Assembly (NCBI GenBank): GCA_051047955.1
Contig: JBPGPT010000008.1
Span: forward strand, 248,001-312,000
Direction of reading: 5' to 3'
DNA length: 64,000 nt
Source: Cystobasidiomycetes sp. EMM_F5
Taxonomy: Eukaryota
The notes under the pieces are model-generated. The model had not been told where the DNA came from. It was given only the letters and a program-made list of their open reading frames with translations, and did no database searches. A program made the translations under genes and the position numbers. This document shows positions 59,975-64,000 of this stretch, in pieces. Positions within the stretch are counted from its first letter, which is position 1. Every line of letters begins with the position of its first letter.

Positions 59975-62900
59975 ATGCAGAGCTATATCCCGAGCCAGGC
60001 TGTCCTGGTATACGATGCCTTGCTGAGAACACCGCAGCCGAGACCTTCCAACGCAACGTCGTCGATACTGGCTGCCGCTCGCGAGAATGCTCCGAGCTAC
60101 GAAGCCCGACTTGCTTCAGTCCTGCAGCTCATCTCAGCTTGCTGGCTGTTGGCATATCTGGTGTCGCTTGTCGGCTGGAGGTATGCCGTTCCAAGGTCGG
60201 TCAAGACAAAACTGCGCTTCTTGACGCAAGATATCGTGACCCTAGCAGCAATCAACAACGACTTCGTACACCGTCAGCACGTCAAATGGAAAGCCATTAC
60301 TTCTACGCTCTTGAGCGGATTGCGTCTGGCGTTAGCTGTAACGATACTCGTCATTACCTTGGTGGCCACGCATGAATCAAAGACATGGTCGCATTGTGCT
60401 TTGCTTTTGCTAACGTGTTTGGCATGGGTACGCATTCATCGGAGGAAGCACTTACAAGATTCGGCTGACGTTTAACCAGCTCCTAGCCACACTTTACGCA
60501 TTTACACATCCATCCATCACGCCCCGCTACGGTCTCTTGCTATTCTACACTCTAGATGGACTCGAAGGTGTCTTCAGACTATCGTACACTCGCTCCGCTT
60601 CGTTTGGTATCCTCCCCTCGCAATGTATCGCTCTTGCCGCTACATTAGGCTTAGTCGCAATCCAAATGTCTCTACCGATGGAAGCCATTCTACCCTCGCC
60701 AAAAGTCGCAGGCACGCTCAAATCGCATAAGCATCCAAGTCGTTCACTTGACTCCCCGGAAGATGGAGTCTCACTCTGCTCCTGGCTACTGGTAACTTGG
60801 ATGAGACCCTTGCTAGCAACGGCGCAGAAAGGTACCCTTCAGGATACCGATGTATGGCAGCTCAGCCCATACTTTCGACATTACATCATATATCCAGTCT
60901 TCCGTGATTTGATGCCGAAAGCTAGCCTCATCCGTCGCATATATGCCTTTTCCGCTTTTGATCTGGTCATCACATCGACATGCACGGTAGTCTTCGCAAT
61001 GCTGAATTTCGCCAGTCCATACTTTCTGAAGAAAATTTTGGAAGCGCTATCTACAGACGATCCAGAGTTGCGCAAGACGGCGTACCGCTTGGCCTTGCTG
61101 TCGTTTCTGTTTGCAGCATTGCGCGCTGAGGTAGACCTTGTACGTACTTGGCATGGTCGACGTAGCTACGAGCGTACTAGAGGCGTCCTCATCACTATGA
61201 TATTCGACAAAGCGACTCGCAAAAAGGATCGCAGCGGCTCGCTTGGACATCGCAAACTAGACAAGGACGAGCAAGCAGCTGAGGGAGCGGACGCCGGGCG
61301 TATTTTGAACTTGATGAACGGAGACGCCTATTCTGTTGCTCAATGGTTTTGGGAGGTCAGTCTATCGAGTTTGGTCAATAATGTGCGCACTGACGGTATT
61401 TGTCCAGATATCAAGCATCGTCCGATTGCCTATTGATCTGTGTATAGCAGCGGTCTTTCTTTATCAGTGAGCCACTCTGGTAATCACGCCTCGTCTTGAC
61501 CTGACTGGAATTTTCTATAGAATCCTGGGATATTCCGCTCTTGTCGGTTTACTTCCGATCTTCCTCGGCCATGGCATCATTACGTTGCTCGGCAAACGGC
61601 AGCTAGCATTACAGCGAGCCATTTTATCGACTACCGACAAGAGGATTGCTGTGATTGCGGAGCTTGTTGCAGCTATCCGCTTTCTCAAGTACTACGCTTG
61701 GGAGCGCATTTGGGTGGACAAAGCCATTGCAGCCAGAGAAAAGGAACTAGCGGTTCGCTACAAGCTGAATTTCAACTCAGCTTGGTTCACTCTTACTTTC
61801 ATCGTGGTACCTAATCTTATGATTTTCACGACATTCTGGTGTTACACAAAGGTTGCCGGAAAGCAGCTGACAATACCCGGTAGGTCGGTGTCGGCAAACT
61901 GTGCATGACCAAGCTAACCGCTTGCTACAGTCGCATTTGCCTCACTTTCGCTGTTTGGCATGATTCTCCAACCACTGATTGAGCTGCCAGGCAAAGTCAT
62001 GTTCTATTTGAATACGCTCATTTCAGTCCGACGTCTGGAGCGTTTTCTGGCCGAAGAAGAAATGCAAGACTCTGACAACCTGCGCGGGTCGAGCAGACAT
62101 GACAGATCGATTGCCTTTGACGAAGCAGTCTTCGTGTACCCTCAGCAGGACGTGCCTGACGAATCGGCAGGCAAGCCATTTGAATTGCACTGTCCTTCTT
62201 TCGAGATACCGACAGGCAAACTTTCGCTTGTTTGTGGTGGAAATGCAAGTGGGAAATCCACAGTTTTGATGACCTTGCTTGGGGGTGAGTCTTCTCAGCA
62301 AAATTTTCATAATATGCACTGAGTCTGCATCTTCAGAAACGGATTGCCTGTCCGGCAGGCTGATCAGGCCAAATTACCCCGGAGCGTATGCATTGGTCAC
62401 ACAGGACTCGTGGCTGGAGCAAGCTACCATCAAGGACAATATCCTATTTGGCGCGGATTACGATGCGGAACGTTTTGATGCTGTCTTGGACGCTTGTGCA
62501 CTTAAACCGGATCTTGCTCGATTCGATGCTAGAGAAGACACCGAGATTGGTGAGAGGGGAATCAGTTTATCTGGAGGTCAGAGAGCCAGGGTGGCGCTCG
62601 CAAGAGCGGTCTATTCCGCTGCAGGAATTGTTTTGCTGGATGATCCGTGCGCACTGCTTTCGCTCATTGCCAGTAACGTCATGGCTCATTCATCCTGCCA
62701 GGTTATCTGCTGTGGATGCACATACAGCAAAGCACATTGTGGAGCACTGCTTCGCAGGTCCTTTAATGGCAGGACGTACTATCGTGCTTGTCACCCATCA
62801 CGTCAAGCTATGCTACGGGCGTGCCAGCTTGATCATTCGATTGGAAGATGGTCAGGTAGCTGTGACAGATACCGTACGGCTGGAAGCTGTCACTACTGCA

Positions 62901-64000
62901 TCAGAGCCTGCGCTTGATGTCGACTCCGAGAACGAAACGCTTGTCGTGAGCGAATCAACAAAGGCTGCCAGAACGACTATGCCAGCAACTCCAGCCAACG
63001 GAAGTCTGATTACCAAGGAGAACAGAGCTGAAGTAAGGCAGTCTTGCTTACCAGACAAATGTCACTGACGTCACCTCACAAGGGCTCTGTCAAATGGCTC
63101 GTCTACAAAATGTATTTAAAGGCAGCAGGAAAGGAGACCTGGATCGGAATATTGACCTTCCTCCTCCTTGGTCGGATTCTAACTATCACGCAACAGCGCT
63201 TTCTTGAAAGATGGGGAGAGAGCTATAACGAGAGCAGGCTTCCTTGGCTTCCTCCAGCTTCGCAAAACGTCAATCCGTGGTTATTGTCCTACTTCGGCTT
63301 TTCGTTGATTTCTGCCACAACTTACCTCGGTCGGCTCGCCTTTACGTACCACGGTAGTTTCAAAGCTGCTCGAACACTTCTGTACATCTGTCTTCTGCGT
63401 GTAGTCAATGCGCCTAGTCGATGGCTCGATGAGAACCCGACAGGACGCCTCATCAATCGATTCACTGCTGACATAGGGAGCGTAGACAACACCATCAACC
63501 AGAGCGTTACGGCAGTCTTTGACGATCTCATCGGAGTGGTTGGATCACTTGGAGCGGTAGTATACGTAGTCCCCAGGTTCATTGTCTTCGCGGTCGCAGC
63601 CATCGTCCTGTATAGCATCATCGCATCTCCCTACGTGGCATGCTCGCGAGATCTCAGGCGACTCGAGAACAATCACAGGTCTCCTCTTTTCAGTCGCTTC
63701 GGGGGCCTACTACGAGGCCTCAAGGTTGTCAGGGCATTCGGCCAGCAGGCACGTTACGTGGATTTACTCAATTCCGATCTGGACCTCTTTCAGTCCATGG
63801 ATCATTTTTTCTGGACAGCTCGCTTCTATCTGTCCCTACGCTTCGACATTGTCGGGGCCCTTGCTGTATATGTTCTCACGCTTGTCGCACTAGCGGGGGG
63901 AGTATCGCAAGGATCAGCCGCCTTCGCTATCATACTCGCAAATCAGTTCGTATACTACCTGCATGCCTCTATTTGGAGCTATGCAAAACTTGAGCTGGAC
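59975..64000 (+). CDS. ABCC/MRP-type ABC transporter (Ybt1/Vmr1-like), partial; runs off the window end
   Basis: TM helices; SPED..SLCSWLLVTWMRPLL; GRILNLMNGD; Walker A GGNASGKST; signature EIGERGISLSGGQRARVALARAVY; LLDDP/LSAVD; second TMD (NPTGRLINRFTADI). Confidence 0.92.

Noticed and set aside
1..64000. CRISPR arrays, rRNA, transposase or reverse-transcriptase genes
   Set aside because: No repeat-spacer array, rRNA-like sequence or DDE/RT motif was recognised, and I saw no terminal repeats around the orphan pair by eye.

Overview
Gene-dense, intron-rich fungal nuclear DNA. Short introns (about 50-80 nt) with CTRAC branch points and the gene set suggest a basidiomycete, probably a Pucciniomycotina-type yeast; the taxon is inference. 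About 29 protein-coding genes were reconstructed by hand. Housekeeping genes include COP1, palC, SLX1, a PWI splicing factor, an MGR3-like protein, MAM33, TXNL1, a SPOUT methyltransferase, eIF2B-epsilon, NSE1, myosin V and a partial ABCC transporter. The standout is a tRNA-Ala(UGC) gene at 35829-35955 whose acceptor stem is split between nt 5 and 6 by a 54-nt intron with spliceosomal (mRNA-type) signals: GTGAGT...CTAAC...TAG. Removing exactly that intron restores the 7-bp stem and the G3:U70 alanine identity pair. Beside it is a head-to-head orphan pair with GIY-YIG-nuclease-like and uracil-DNA-glycosylase-fold-like motifs. A putative catabolic cluster at 13.2-23.7 kb has two beta-lactamase-family hydrolases, a bacterial-type soluble P450, a Zn2Cys6 factor and an MFS transporter, with shared promoter motifs. 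A second module at 41.3-45.4 kb pairs an MFS transporter with a DapA-like aldolase. No CRISPR array, rRNA or recognisable transposase was seen. Exon boundaries were read by eye and family calls come from motif recognition, not database searches.
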